From Eledone cirrhosa (Eukaryota), in the NCBI GenBank assembly GCA_964016885.1, contig OZ024747.1, positions 50,716,001-50,780,000 of the forward strand: DNA of 64,000 nucleotides, written 5' to 3'. Every line of letters begins with the position of its first letter. Position 1 is the stretch's first letter. The notes beneath the pieces were generated by a model. That model was not told the origin of the DNA, searched no databases, and saw nothing but the letters and a program-made list of their open reading frames with translations. This document shows, piece by piece, positions 41,437 to 57,202 of the stretch. Made by a program: the position numbers and the translations under genes.

Positions 41437-41633
41437 CGAAGGAAATGTGGTAAGGAACCAGGTGGACCATAACGCACCAAAGTACTCAATACTTGATGTA
41501 GTAGAGTGGGTAATAGGAACCAGTAAGACCCCGACAGCTGAGTTCAAGCCGTTTCGACGGCTAATTCGTTGTTTGTAATGAATTAGCCGTCGAAACGGCT
41601 TGAGCTCAGCTGTCGGGGTCTTACTGGTTCCTA
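41435..41633. mobile_element. PLE-end fragment with a near-perfect ~120-bp fold-back centred in HHR stem II
   Basis: 41515-41633 palindrome; plus arm reads GTC-GAAA-CGGC(TTGAGCTCA)GCTG-TC/GGGGTC. Confidence 0.7.
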
Positions 41634-42014
41634 TATATATATATATATATATTATAATCCTGGTATGTATATATACATTTTTTCTTCTAACTTTAATTTT
41701 ATACCTAATTGTGTATGGTTGACAATATATTTAATCGATTTCCACGTGCTATCAAAATGCTGGGTAAATATTCTATAGCTGTTGATCGCGAATAGATGGC
41801 TGTCGTTTATTTATCTATTATTTCTTCATAGATGCCTTTTAATCTTATAGCCTGGTTTAATTAGTTTTTTGTGTGGTTGATTATGGTGATTGGGAGAGGA
41901 GATGGTGTATATATCTTATCAAATGATTCTATGGACATACTTTATTGTATGTCGAAATACCAACGATAATCAGCAGACTACTGAAGGGGACATTTTAACC
42001 CTTGTCTATTTTTA

Positions 42015-42087
<73 letters not shown>

Positions 42088-42301
42088 TCGATGGCACGAG
42101 CGTTTGTGTATGCATTGTTGTTTGTAATGTATATTATACGTTCATACGCAAATTAATTGATGTCTATATATATAATTATAATCAAATGCTCTTATACATA
42201 CACACATTCACAGATACAGAAATAATATAATTATACTCTCGCACAGACACTAATATATATACACACACATACAGAAACACTCACTCACACACACACACAC
42301 A

Positions 42302-42374
<73 letters not shown>

Positions 42375-42654
42375 TATAAACGATTCCTGTATATACATAT
42401 ATTCATGCATACATCTTTCGTGTGTGTGTGAGAGAGAGAAAGAGAGAGAGTAAAGGAAAAAGAAGGGAGAGATAAGGAAAGTGAGAGATATACGGAGATA
42501 AAGTGACGAGAAGAGATAGATAGATCGATAGATAGATCAATAGCGAGAAAGAGAAAGAAAGAAAGAAAGAAAGAGACAGAGAGGGGGGAGTGTGTGTGTG
42601 TGTGTAAATAGTTGAAAGGTGTGGTGTGAAGAGGTGTGCTGCAATAATTTATAG

Positions 42655-43760
42655 TGCGCTGTTGTCTGTGATGAGGATGTGGTGTGGCGTGGCACGGTGT
42701 AGAGGGATGTGGTGTGGTGTGGAACGCTGTAGAGGGAGGTGGTGAGGTGTAGATGGGTGTGGTGTGGTGTGGCGTAGCACTGTGTAGAGCGGTGTGGTGT
42801 GGCGTGGCACGGTGTAGAGGGATGTGGTGTCTTTGTTGTGAAATGTTCTGTTGTGGTGTGTAGTTGTGTGTAGTTGAGTGGTGTGGTGAGGTGGGTGGCT
42901 CTGGGACGAACGCGGTGATGTGTATTTTGTTGTTGAAAAGCTGGTTGTCATTAAAGGGGAGGGAACTCTAATTCAGATACACAATAAAATTTAATGAAAT
43001 TTATTTAGGTGTAATTAGTCCGTGACCGACACGTAATTTGATTCAATTAAAAGTGGAATTTTTCCAGTCAGATGACAAAAAGATTGTATTCTATGAAATG
43101 ACACCTTCCGTTGATGCCAATTGTAAAAATCGCTGCCACAACATGGCAGACGAGAAGAGCGTTCGCTAGCTAATTAAATTTCTGTTCAACTTAAATTTAA
43201 TGATGTACACATAGAAATTAATTGAATTCCCATATGTGGCAACTCTTTCGTCCCCACCACACTACACAGCACCACACAGCACCAAACCGCACAGCACCAC
43301 ACAGCACCACACCACACCACACCACACCATACCACACCACACCACACAGCGCCACACAGCACCAAACCACGCCATACCACACAGCACCAAACTACACCAC
43401 ACCACACTTTACGATACCACAAAACACCACACAGCCCCACACAGCACCAAGCCACACCACACCACACCACACAGCACCAAACTACACCACACTACACCAC
43501 ACATACACTACACTATACCACACCATACCACACCAAACTACACCAAACTACACCACAACCATACCACACCACACAACACCACACAGCACCAAACCACACC
43601 ACACAGCACCAAACTACACCACACTACACCATACCACACAGCACCAAACTACACCACACCACACTACACCACACTACACTATATCACACCATGCCACACC
43701 AAACTACACCAAACTACACCACACTATATCCCACCCCACCATACTCTCACTATCACCTTT
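42655..43760. repeat. Degenerate pentamer repeats: (GTGTG)n then (CACCA)n, in opposite orientations around a ~300-bp unique spacer
   Basis: Directly visible; recurring CACAGCACCAAACTACAC unit. Confidence 0.85.
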
Positions 43761-44269
43761 TTGTCTTTATATGTGTTTGTTTTGTGTTGTTGTTTTGTCT
43801 GATGATTATCTTGGTAGCGTTCATAATGTTGGTAGTATTTGGTTGAGGCGATGGCGGTGGTGTTTGTTTATATTACTGATCTCGATCCTGCTGCTGCTGT
43901 TGGTGCTGCTGCTGTTGCTTCTGCTGTTGTTGTTGTTAGTGCTGCTGCTCCCGCATTAATGTTAACGAGGATGTGTTGTCGTTTAGCCCTAGGTCAATCC
44001 TAATCGAGCACGAATATGATCAAATGGTTGCAACTTTGACCGTCTCATTCTTTATAGTTTCCGATTACCACAGTCTTCATAATACAATGTGTAATTACAT
44101 AAAACTATAGCATGTTTTTTTAAAGGATATTTTGCTACTGTTTCTAGCAAGTTAATCAACCACGTATAGTTTGTATTTGGGGATCCTATCTATGGGGTAT
44201 GAAAAGTAATTAGACACAATTCTCAATACACTACCCTCAAAATAGGTGACCAGCTTCAGTATCGGAACC

Positions 44270-44730
44270 TTTATCACTAGTTTATGACCAATGTATTCTG
44301 CCGACTGCCACTTACGTATCAGAAAACTGGAACCTAAAAAAAAACAAAAAAGTCTAAAGCTACAAACAGTGCAAAGAACACATGAAAGGATCATGTTAAA
44401 CGTCACATGGTCAGATCGTAATTCCCGCCTAATTGATCTGAGAAAAGAACCAAAGTTCGCGACATTCTAGAAATCACTAGCAAAGTAAAATGGAAGTGGG
44501 TGGGACACATTGCCAGAAAGATTGACAACAGATGGATCACCTACGTCTCCCTCTGGACCCCATGAGGTCACACAAAGAACAGAGGCCGCCAGAAGGTCAG
44601 GTGGTGAGACGAGCTCGAGAAAATTGAAACATTATGACCATGAATGGCTGGGGATCGCCAAAGTTGGCGCAGCTCAGGGAAGAAGGCCTATGTCCAACAA
44701 TGGACTTTCCAGAGATGAAGATAAGATGAA
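44270..44730 (+). mobile_element. RTE-clade LINE 3' fragment
   Basis: VYDQCILPTATYVSENW; KLQTVQRTHERIMLNVTWSDR; TKVRDILE...KWKWVGHIARKIDNRW; short GATGAA-type tail. Confidence 0.8.
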
Positions 44731-45497
44731 GAATTTTAAAACACCAAGTTTCAGATGACCAAAGCACATCAAATGTCCCAACAGTGCCTACTACACGTCC
44801 ACCGGGACTCATTTATGACATACCTATAAATTTGTAATATGTAAGATACTTAAGAGAGTATTGAAGTTTGCTTGAAGCATTGTGGAATAATAAAAAAAAA
44901 TTTTGGGGTCGTTTTGGAAGTTATGCAGATGGGTAAATCTCCGAGTAACAGAATCCGGTGGTGAAGAGAGAGATGTAAGGGAGTGTAGAATGAGATGTAT
45001 AGTGTGTAGAGGAACGTAGGAAAGAGCGTAAAAAATAAAAATAATAACACGAGATAGAGATTTATTGGGAGAGATTTATTTGTCCCTATATTTCGGATTC
45101 GCATCCATCAACTGGGGGGTTGCCGGTGTGTGTGTGTGGGTGGGGGTGGGGGGTTATCTGTCGGAGAGGAACCGTTCGTGGCCTCTGTTGTCTACTGTTT
45201 GTGTGTAAGATACTTGTAGACGTGAAATTAGCCACTGCTATGAAAAGCAGGTACCACGTACGCTTCTATTGTTGTTGTTGTTTTAATCCTCTGACGGACT
45301 CTTATCAGGCAAACTTATGATCGAAAACGTTCCATTCGTGACCATCCCATCTTCTTGTATGTCGGAGATGACATTGTCTAATTAATGTGCCTTCCTCTTT
45401 TTAGCTCTTAACATTCTACACCACATGAAACTTCATTACCAAAACATTCCTGAAATATACGATACAGCTCTAGGACTGCATCATTATAAATATCATA

Positions 45498-45686
45498 AGA
45501 GGGCGGTGAATTGGCAGTATCGTTAGAGGGTTGGACGCCATGCTTTCTAGTATAGTTACGTCTCTTTATGGTCTGAGTTCAAATCCCGTCGAGGTTAACT
45601 TTGCCTTTCATCCTTATGGGGTCGATAAAATAAAGTACCAGTAATGTACTGGGTAATTGCTGGCCTTGTGTCAAAAGTAGAAACAG
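45498..45686 (+). mobile_element. Full-length tRNA-derived SINE with 14-bp target-site duplication
   Basis: TGGCAGTATCG (A box), GAGTTCAAATCC (B box), Meta-like domain; TTATAAATATCATA at 45484-45497 and 45687-45700. Confidence 0.92.
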
Positions 45687-46084
45687 TTATAAATATCATA
45701 GTCTTTATTTTAATACTACACATATTCACGATGATCTGTCCACTAGTAAAGATGCTATAAACATTTGAATTAACAGGTTATATGAAACCAAGTCAAGACA
45801 TTCTTGAAAAACAAAAAAGAGCTCTATGAGTGCATAACTATAAATATGACAATCTTTACTCAAAAACTAGAAATGTTCTCAATAATCTGTCTAACAGTAA
45901 AGATTATATAAGCATTTCAATTAAGAAATCACATTTTAGACATTTTCTGGCAGTTAGATAGCTGCTGTTAATACAGTCTAGACGGTAGACTAGTATTGTC
46001 AATACTATATGTATGTGAGAGAGAGAGAGGGGTGGAGGATAAAGATATCAAAAGGATATGTTCAAATTACTACTTCCTAAGGAT

Positions 46085-46440
46085 GGAGAAGGCGTTCCCC
46101 GGTGGACGGCAATGGAGACGCGCTGGAAAAGCCACTCCAACTCGCGGGGTTCACACCTGCGACTCGCCAGATCAGTGACTATTGTGGCCAGTAGGGAGGT
46201 AGCCCTAGGGCCGAGGACACCAGAAGTCTCCACTGCCAGGGGTACAACCGCAAACCTGTCGGAGTGCGACCGGTATTTGGAGAGTTTGGCCTCCTCAGCG
46301 CGACGTGCAGCAGAACCTGGGTTGGTTGCAGACTGCACCAGGTTGCGGCTGAAGAAAGTGTCGGTGCAAGTAGCATCCCAGACGAGGGGTTTGCCACCGC
46401 GGAACGGGAAGATGGTCATGCCATCTGGCCTTTTGCCGTC
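46085..46440 (-). pseudogene. Restriction-like endonuclease (PD-(D/E)xK) domain fragment of a CRE-like non-LTR retrotransposon
   Basis: DGKRPDGMTIFPFRGGKPLVWDATCTDT...AARRAEEAKLSKY...PLAVETSGVLG...WLFQRVSIAVHRG. Confidence 0.82.
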
Positions 46441-46487
46441 CCTTCTACATCATTGCAGGACATCTAATGTATATTCTGTAGTACATA

Positions 46488-46538
46488 CTGCTGTTGTTGT
46501 TGCTGCTGTTGTTGTTGTTACTCTTGTTGCTCTTGTGG

Positions 46539-46579
<41 letters not shown>

Positions 46580-47274
46580 GCTGTTGTTGTTGCTGTTTTT
46601 GTTGCTCCTGTTGCTCTTGTTGTTGCTGTTGTTGTTGTTGTTGTTGCTGTTGTTATTGTTGCTTTGATGTTGTTGTTGATGTTGCTGTTGTTGTTATTAT
46701 TGCTCCTGTTGTTGTTGCTGCTACTGCTGTTGCTATTGTTGCTGTTGATGGTGTTGTTGTGGTTGGTTGTGTTGTTATTGCTGCTGCTGTTGATGTTGCT
46801 GTTTTTGCTGTTGTTTTTGTTATTGTTGTTGTTGTTGTTGTTGGTGGTACTGCTGCGGTGGTTAGTTTTGTTGTCCCTTCTGTTGTTGCTGTTTTTGGGG
46901 GGGTTTTGTTGTTGTTATAGTTGTTTTTGTTGTTGCTGCTGCTGTTTTTTGGGGGGGTTTGTTGTTGTTATAGTTGTTTTTGTTGTTGCTGCTGCTGTTT
47001 TCGGGGGGTTTTGTTGTTGCTGTTGCTGCTGCTGCTGCTTCAGCGGCATCTATTGCTGTTATTTTGTTGTTGTTATTGTTGCTGTGGAAGTGGTGCAGTT
47101 ATTGATGTTGTTTATGTTGTTGCAGCTGTCCTTGTTGCTGCTGTTGTTTTTTTGCTTCTGTTGTTGTTGCTGCTGTTACTTTTGCTTTTACTTTTGCTGT
47201 TGTTCTGGTTAATTATGATGATGATAAAGATACTGAGGACGATGATGATGATAATCATGGTGATGACGATGATA

Positions 47275-47311
<37 letters not shown>

Positions 47312-47345
47312 CAGTGATGATGATGATTATTGGTATGTTGGTGAT
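46488..47345. repeat. Degenerate (GTT/GCT)n and (GAT)n tracts
   Basis: Directly visible. Confidence 0.9.
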
Positions 47346-47478
47346 GAAGAATCGGCTGCGACAATTTTATTCAATAAATTCTGCTTTGATTCCTGGTTCT
47401 CAAATATAAAATTTTTAATTAATTTAAAAAAAATGTCTAATCGAATTAAAATGTAAGAAATAATGTTTTAATGTGATG

Positions 47479-47560
<82 letters not shown>

Positions 47561-47640
47561 GTTTATATTTAGATGTGTAAACACATAGGTATTTACTTCC
47601 ATAAACACTTACAAACACACACACACACACACACACACGG

Positions 47641-47680
<40 letters not shown>

Positions 47681-47697
47681 ATATATATATATATATA

Positions 47698-48026
47698 TAA
47701 ATGAAAAGTATAGAAATTATTGTAGCAAGAAGCCAACAGTATTCCATAATATATAAGTGACTATAGCGTCTAAATGGAAAAATAGTTAACGTAAGATGTG
47801 GGAAAATAATTCAAACACAATTCAAAAAGAATCAGGATATAGATTCATCCACAGAATTTGGTGAAATCCAGGAAAAAATCAATCGAGCCTTAACTCAGAA
47901 TAAAATAAAATTTAAAATACTCATCCTTCAATCTGTAAAAACTACAAATGCTCTGCATAGTCTTAAAGACTATTTCACGAAACTTTCAGTGGGGATGGTC
48001 ACGGTTGGAATCGATCATCAGCAGAG

Positions 48027-48030
<4 letters not shown>
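47698..48030 (-). mobile_element. PLE-type terminal repeat fragment in (TA)n, with HHR motif at 47950-48027
   Basis: Copy of 13012-13350. Minus strand: GCTCTG-CTGATGA-T-CGA...TCG-T-GAAA-TAGTC..GACTA-TG/CAGAGC; the AUG triplet is likely inactive. Confidence 0.75.
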
Positions 48031-48063
<33 letters not shown>

Positions 48064-48563
48064 CTCATATATATATATATACATACATACAAACACGCAC
48101 AGACTCTCTCACACACACATACAAATATATACATACGCAAAAACTTTCCTTTCTAAAATTTCATATTAACGACACGATTGTTGTGTTCTAGTAAATCTGT
48201 TTTATTAAGGATATTTTATATTTTATATATATTGAATTCAGAACAACACTAATTCTAGGTACATTATCGTTATAACATCTCGCTGTCATTTCCTGAATGA
48301 ACGGATAACAGTGACATGTAGTCACTGCTTTTGTTGCTATAAATCATGGCAACATTGCTAGCAATGATAATATTGCTAGCCTTAGATTTAAAGTTCCACA
48401 GAGATTTGAAACAGCTACCACAAGCTATCCTGTCCAATGCTTTACCAACTTCGCCAATCACTTGCTCCTGGATTGGTAATATAACTATACACACTCACTC
48501 ACACAGACACACGCACACGCACGCCCGTGCGCACATACACACTCACACTCACAGAGACACGTG

Positions 48564-48644
<81 letters not shown>

Positions 48645-48684
48645 ATATTAAATAAATGGAAACTATATTTATAAAACCATATTT

Positions 48685-48742
48685 ATTCTATTATATATAT
48701 TTCAAGAGTACAAAACTTTGGTACGCTATCATCAGATAAAAT
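48685..48742 (-). ncRNA. Hammerhead ribozyme motif (type I) at the 3' end of an AT-rich PLE-like remnant (about 48645-49820)
   Basis: Minus strand: ATTTTAT-CTGATGA-T-AG.GTAC..GTAC.CT-T-GAAA-T(ATAT)A-TA/ATAGAAT; flank matches 29870-29930. Confidence 0.72.
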
Positions 48743-49826
48743 ACGAAGTGTGTTTTATAAATTTTGACATAACCAAGGAAAGTATACCTTAACGGTTCAA
48801 GTTTTCCTTGGATAGTGAAGAGATAAGAGAAGAAAAGACAGATATTTCAAATTATTAAGGTGAGTATGCAAATGAGGTTTAGGTAAAAGGGCTGAAAAAA
48901 ACGTTACTTTAGACGCTATGGAGAATTTAAATAATTATGATAAGTTTTTGTATGCGTAGGAAAGAAAATAAAGGAAAAAGTGGAATATGATTCCAGAGTT
49001 TAAATTTAAATTTATTTACCTATATTATGAGTTATAATATTGTATATATAATCAATTATATTATATGAAGAATTATTGTTGTAAGTATTTTTATCTTATT
49101 ACAATACAATAGTTTACACGTATATAAATATCTATATAGATTAATAATTGCGTATGTATTAGTATTATAGAGATAGAAATAATTTACGATAATTAGTTGT
49201 TTATATATTTAATATGAGTTACGAAGGAAATTGATTTTGTATTTTACTTAAAAAATAGGTGGTTCAATTTGTAGATTCGAAAATTTTGTTCAACATTGAA
49301 AATGTTTTCAGAATATTCTTATTTTAGTGAAGCTATATAGATTATCAAACGTATGTTTATGTTTGCACGATTGAGAAAGGAAAGATAACTCCAATTTTGT
49401 TTGTTAACCGTTAAATTTGATGAGTGATTTACTCCAAAATATATAGAGAAAATTATATATTATTATTTTGTGTGAGTTTAATTATTTTAGTCGAAAGATG
49501 TGTGAATGTTTAAATAACAAAAAGAGAGGAAAAACATAATGTGCTTTTCGAAGAACTATCGTAAAGAGGATACATTTTCAGAATATCATTTAAAGATTAT
49601 CAATCTACATCTAAAAAAATATATTTAGAGTGGTGTCATTAGAAAAATAATGCCAGAATTAAAATAATGTCGGAATTAAAAAATATTAAATATATATATC
49701 AAAAATATTAGAAATATTAGAGATATTAAAAAATTTAGAAATATTAAAAATATTAAAAATATTAAAAGTATTAAAAATATTAAAAATATTAAAAATATTA
49801 AAAAATTTACATTTAAATTTAAAAAA

Positions 49827-51213
<1,387 letters not shown>

Positions 51214-51859
51214 CATATATATATATGTATATAAATATATATATAGTAATAAGAATATTTATATTTATATATGTTTGATATATAGGGTACTAAGTACTAG
51301 CCGGTTACTGGTATGACAAAAGGCTCAATGCTAATTTTCAAGCGTTTTACAGAGCCGAGATACAAAGTGTTAAAACGATAAAATCTTAGTTTAGAACATT
51401 TATTTGCTGACAATTGTTTCTTCGGAGAGAAGTCTGGAATCATCGGAACATAAGGAATGTCGAAACATGTAACTAAAATCCTAGTCATTTAGAACATTTA
51501 GGGTACATAATTGTTATTAGTGTCAAATGCATCATGTGGAGAGTCAGGAGTTAAAAAGATGTTCTGCTTGAAAGAACACAATTACAGGCAGCACTGGTTG
51601 GAAGTGTAATAGGTATAAGCGAAAACCTCAAGCAAAAAAATCACAAGCAAAAAAACACAGGCAAAAAGGTTATAAGCAAGGAAAATTGGTGTACAATGCA
51701 GGGGTCAATACAGTCAATAAGGCATGTATGAGGAAAGAGTTATAATGCACTTGAAGTAAACATATTTTGTGTGGGGTGTTAAAGCATGTTATAATTGTTA
51801 TAAATGTTTAAGATAATGTGCAATTTGTTAGAGAGGCATGTGGTGATAATGTAGGTATT

Positions 51860-51948
<89 letters not shown>

Positions 51949-51953
<5 letters not shown>

Positions 51954-52200
51954 TACTTTGGGAGGGTCATGTTGCCAATAAGAAACACACGCACCAGTTG
52001 CGTTCAATTCAATTTATTATAAATTAAATTTATAAATTTAGGAATTTATAAATTTAATTTATAATAAATTGAAGTGAAAGCAACTGGTGCATGTATTTCT
52101 TATTGGCAACATGACCCTCCCAAAGTATAACAATATCGGTTTCAACACACGTTTTCAGATAAAAATTCTTGGTAAACAAATTCAGAAACGAAATATATAT
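51949..52200. mobile_element. Palindromic element in (TA)n (copy of 29553-29775)
   Basis: Same arms; the centre is expanded by extra ATTTATAAATT units. Confidence 0.75.
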
Positions 52201-52257
52201 ATATAGTAATAATAATAAATTTGAAGACTTTAATCTGTTATTTTAATAAATAAATAA

Positions 52258-52327
<70 letters not shown>

Positions 52328-52739
52328 AAACTCTTCCATACGTCAGAAACTCATACATAAGCATATTTTAATACATGAACATACATCTGTATGACTATGT
52401 GTGTTAAAGAAAGAGAAAGAGTGAGGTAGATAAAGAGAGAGGGAGAGAAAGAAATATAGAATGAGTGAGTAGGGAGTTTGAAAGACTAAGAAGAGTATAT
52501 CCTAATTTAATTTCTTCATATACTTTAATAATTACCTTACATAATTAGTATCTTTAGTTGAAATTCAAATTAGAAAATTAAAATTTACAAGAAATCGATA
52601 AGACATTTTGTAAAATATTTCTAAATATTAAATGATAAAAATTGATTATAAAATTATTTTCAGCGCAGTGAACACACTTCACATCTTGCACGTATATATA
52701 CACGTGCATATACATATACATATACTTATATATATATAC

Positions 52740-52792
<53 letters not shown>

Positions 52793-52930
52793 AAAGTTAG
52801 ACAAGTTTCAATGAATAAATCAAAGAATGAGTTTTACAATAGATTGGAAGCACTCAACAAAAATGGTTTTCCAGTGTTATTAATATTAATTCAAAATATT
52901 AACAAAATAGATATTCTTGTGATCAACTAT

Positions 52931-52995
52931 ATATTATTATACATATTTCAGAGGTACTGAGTTAAGTTCAACGGTACGTCCTCATCAGATAAAAT
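52931..52995 (-). ncRNA. Hammerhead ribozyme motif (type I) at the 3' end of an AT-rich PLE-like remnant (about 52790-54200)
   Basis: Minus strand: TTTTAT-CTGATGA-GGA.GTAC...GTAC.TCT-GAAA-T(ATGT)A-TA/ATAA; faint GIY-YIG-like words (GFTNTS, LKRSE) near 53800-54010. Confidence 0.68.
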
Positions 52996-55205
52996 AAGAT
53001 GATACATGACATACCCTGATATAGTAGATAGTTAAGATTCAATCATGGTAGTGAGTAATATATGACAAAACTCAATATTTATATACCTTAATATTGAGAA
53101 CATGAGAAAAATATATAATACATACAATATATAATACATACACTGAACTGGAGGTAAAACTACAAATATAGCATTACTAATAATGATTGTAATTATTTAT
53201 TTATTAAATTTATATCGTTTCATTAATAATACAATATGGTTGTACAAATATGTTTATCTAGTGTAATAACATGCTCCTACTTTCATTTATAAATAATTTT
53301 AGCTACTCAAATGACTCTCTATTGTTATAAGTGTTAGATATTCCATGGATCTTCGAAATTATATAATGATGATTACTTAATTTAATATAATTTAATTTAT
53401 TTTTAATTAAATTCAGATTACCTTCGGCTTTTTCAAGTCTTTAGCTCCTCTTTCTATCACATTCGCTGGACATTTTAGAAGTATCTTTTGTCTACTATAT
53501 ACTAAAACCCTCTTACATTTTAAACTATATTTTTAATATTGGATATTTTATGTTTCGCAAACAATTCATTATTTTTCACTTTTTACTTTTATTTTTATTT
53601 TTATTTTATTATCCTTAGGGCTCATGTAATTTTGACTTATATATTTATCTAAAGCATTAATTTTTAACAATATTCTCAGTAATGTATTTACTATATTATA
53701 TTATGGTATTATGATATGTATATTTGAAAGATATCACCTTAAGACTTTAGACAATATCATTTTTGTATATATTTTTTGATTAACACATATATGTAATTTA
53801 AAATTCAGACCTCTTTAAGTTTAATTATAAGGCCTGTTTATCATTTAGGCACTCAAATTGGTAATCATAAATTCTTTAAAAATTATAACTGTAATTATTT
53901 TCTAAATTATATTATATAAACTGTTGTCAATATTATAAATAATTTTGGTAAGGTTTACCTTTCGTGAGGTTGTAAAAACATTGTTTTCTTGCTCGTGTTA
54001 GTAAATCCTTTAAATTTAATTTCATAAAATTTGATTTTTGAAATTAAACTTGATAGTATACTTTAATTATTAATACAGATACCTATTAACTTTTATAACC
54101 TAAAATATTATTCATTACTCTGAACTAACTTAAATTAAATATTTTGAATATTAACGGTCAACCAAAGTTTAGGAATATATATTGTATATATATGGATAAT
54201 TGTCTAAAAACTTGAACATAAATTACTCCCCTTTGTCTCTCTCTCTCTCTCTGTGTAATCAACTCTCTTTTGTCTTTCGAGGCAACTACTAACTATAGTA
54301 TCCCATCAGCTGTTTTCTTCCTCTTTGCTTTCCTTTCTTTCCTCTTTCTTCAGTAATCCAATTACTTGCGCCAAACTATCTTTTATATGTAAAATTGGGG
54401 GGTTTGCTGCATATTCTATTTTGTGTGAGTGTGTATCTGTAGAGCCCCACACACACCCCAATGAATTTCACCGGGTTACACAAGGTCTAAATCCAACCCT
54501 GGATACACTGACTAGGCCTTTCAATAAATGTTCCTATTGTAAGCTGAAATTTAGAATATTACTTAACTCTTCTAAAATAAAATTATGATGGACATTTTGA
54601 ATATAAGCATAAATATTTTTAAATGATATCATAAATCCAAGGGATTATCGTATCAGAAGAGTTTATCTCATTTTTGTTAGAATACACAATCTAATTTCGA
54701 TATATTTGCTAATAGGTCTGTTATAACGGAGCTGATATGGTGCTAAACAAAAATATAAACAAACCGAACACCGGCTTTCTGAGCTGGATTTAAAGAAAAC
54801 ACCATCTCTGCATTTGTGTATGTGTAAGTGTGTGTATGTGTGTGAGAGTCTCGTGCGTGTTGTGGGTGTGTATATATATATTCATGTATGTGTGTGAGTG
54901 CGCTATATGAACCTGTTGTTCTATGGCAGAATTCAACCATTTCATTCAGCCCCTTGACTAATGCAGTAGTTGAGTTGAGCCGTAGATCAACGGTTCAAAT
55001 AATTTAGATAAGCTCAACAGATTATTAATTAATTAATATATCTCAAATACTCCTTTAAATATTTTGTTTGTCTAACTGTCTATGTCCGCCTGTCTGTCTG
55101 TTTAAATATATGTGTGCGGATACATACACATACATGCACATAACACACACACACTCACACGCATACACACACACACATATATATATATATGTGCGAGTGA
55201 GTGTG

Positions 55206-55256
<51 letters not shown>

Positions 55257-55879
55257 ATCTGTTCTACGAAGATACTGCCCTTATATTAGTTTCTCTAATT
55301 TTCCCATTTCACCTTTTACAAATAATAACAAATTAAAAATTCTACATAAAAAATATCAAAAAGAAAATCTAAAAACATTAATGTCAACAACAGAGAAAAA
55401 AGGAAAAAAACGAAGTAAAAGTCCACAATAAATGTCCAAAATAAAAGACCAATAAATATATACATTAATACAGAAATAAATATAAACAAGATGTCCGCCA
55501 ATAATCTTACGAGAGAGCGGGTTTTTACCAAATATTTAATTTAGTTTAATTTCAGCTAATTTCTTTTAATTCAATCTGCGTCTTCATTGTGAATCTTCCA
55601 GTGTCATTTTTGTTTGTATTCTTCTTACACGATCTGTTGACGCGTTATTAACCATTCTACCATACTCTCTCCGTCTCTCTCCCCTTTCTACCCCCTCTCC
55701 CCCTTTCTCTCTCCCTGTCTATCCCTCTCTCTCTCCCCTTTCCCCCTCTCCCCCTCTCTCTCCCTTTCGCTCTCACTTTCAATTGCACTTGCTCTCTCGC
55801 ATATTTCTTATTCCTTTTTTTGCTTTTCATTCTCAAACCTTTTTCTCTTTTTTATTAGATTTCTTTTATTTTACTGTCA

Positions 55880-56080
55880 CTTATTGCTATGACTGTTTTT
55901 GTTGTTAATGTTGTTGTCATTACTATTATTATTATTATTGTTATTAGTATTATTATTATCGTTATTGTTATTATTATTATTATTATTATTGCTACTAATA
56001 TTATTGGTGTTGTTGCTGTTGTCGTCGTTGTTGTTGTTGTTGCTGTTGTTGTTGTTGTTGTTGCTGTTGTTGTTGCTGTT

Positions 56081-56111
<31 letters not shown>

Positions 56112-56190
56112 TTGTTGCTGTTGTTGTTGCTGTTGTTGTTGTTGCTGCTGCTGCTGTTGTTGTTGCTGTTGTTGTTGTTGCTGCTGTTTG
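55880..56190. repeat. (ATT)n/(GTT/GCT)n tract
   Basis: Directly visible. Confidence 0.9.
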
Positions 56191-56364
56191 TCACTAAATA
56201 AAAATTTCTTTATTTAGCTAAATTTTCTTGTAATGTTTTTTACTTTCTTTACCTTTCTTCAAATATCATTTATTTGTTGTTGGGTTGTGATACAGTAGAT
56301 GGTAGTGACTAGAGTGTTGGTGTTAGCTCTGGGATTAGTGTTAATGGTGCTGGTTTTAAGGGTA

Positions 56365-57060
56365 GTGGTGGGTAGTAGTGTGGTGGGTAGTAGTGTGGTG
56401 GGTAGTACTGTGGTGGGTAGTAGTGTCGTGGGTAGTACCGTGGTGGGTAGAAGTGTGGTGGGTAGTAGTGTGGTGGGTAGTAGTGTGGTGGGTAGTAGAG
56501 TGGTGGGTAGTACTGTGGTGGGTGGTAGTGTGGTTTGTAGTAGTGTGGTGGGTAGTAGTGTCGTGGGTAGTACTGTGGTGGGTAGAAGTGTGGTGCGTAG
56601 TAGTGTGGTGGGTAGTAGTGTGGTGGGTAGTAGAGTGGTGGGTAGTACTGTGGTGGGTAGTAGTGTGGTGGGTAGTAGTGTGGTGGGTAGTAGTGTCGTG
56701 GGTAGTACTGTGGTGGGTAGAAGTGTCGTGGGTAATAGTGTGGTGGGTAGTAGTGTGTGGGTAGTAGTGTGGTGGGTAGTAGTGTGGTGGGTGGTAGTGT
56801 GGTTTGTAGTAGTGTGGTGGGTAGTAGTGTCGTGGGTAGTACTGTGGTGGGTAGAAGTGTGGTGGGTAGTAGTGTGGTGGGTAGTAGTGTGGTGGGTAGT
56901 AGAGTGGTGGGTAGTACTGTGGTGGGTAGTAGTGTGGTTTGTAGTAGTGTGGTGGGTAGTAGTGTCGTGGGTAGTACTGTGGTGGGTAGAAGTGTGGTGG
57001 GTAGTAGTGTGGTGGGTAGTAGTGTGGTGGGTAGTAGTGTGGTGGGTAGTAGTGTGGTGG
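56365..57060. repeat. 15-bp minisatellite GGTAGTAGTGTGGTG, about 46 copies
   Basis: Head-to-tail units with recurring variants; 2-bp deletion near 56757. Confidence 0.95.
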
Positions 57061-57202
57061 AGTGTCTGGATGCGGTGGAGGCAGGAGTGGTGGTCAAAGT
57101 ATTGGTAAAATTCGTAATGTTATTGGTGTTTGGAGCTAATAGCAAGGGTGTGTTGGTGTTACAGATGGTGATGATGGTGTAGAAAGTAATGTTGTTATTA
57201 AT

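Noticed and set aside
43068-43169. Possible plus-strand terminal exon after TTTTTCCAG (SDDKKIVFYEMTPSVDANCKNRCHNMADEKSVR*)
   Set aside because: Short, no recognisable homology and no partner exons identified; needs RNA-seq.
45498-45600. tRNA gene (also about 37606 and 40115-40180)
   Set aside because: A/B boxes are present but there is no cloverleaf; these are SINE heads, one with a clear TSD.
46058-47212. 384-aa plus-strand ORF
   Set aside because: Antisense of the CRE-like fragment fused to (GTT)n low-complexity sequence.
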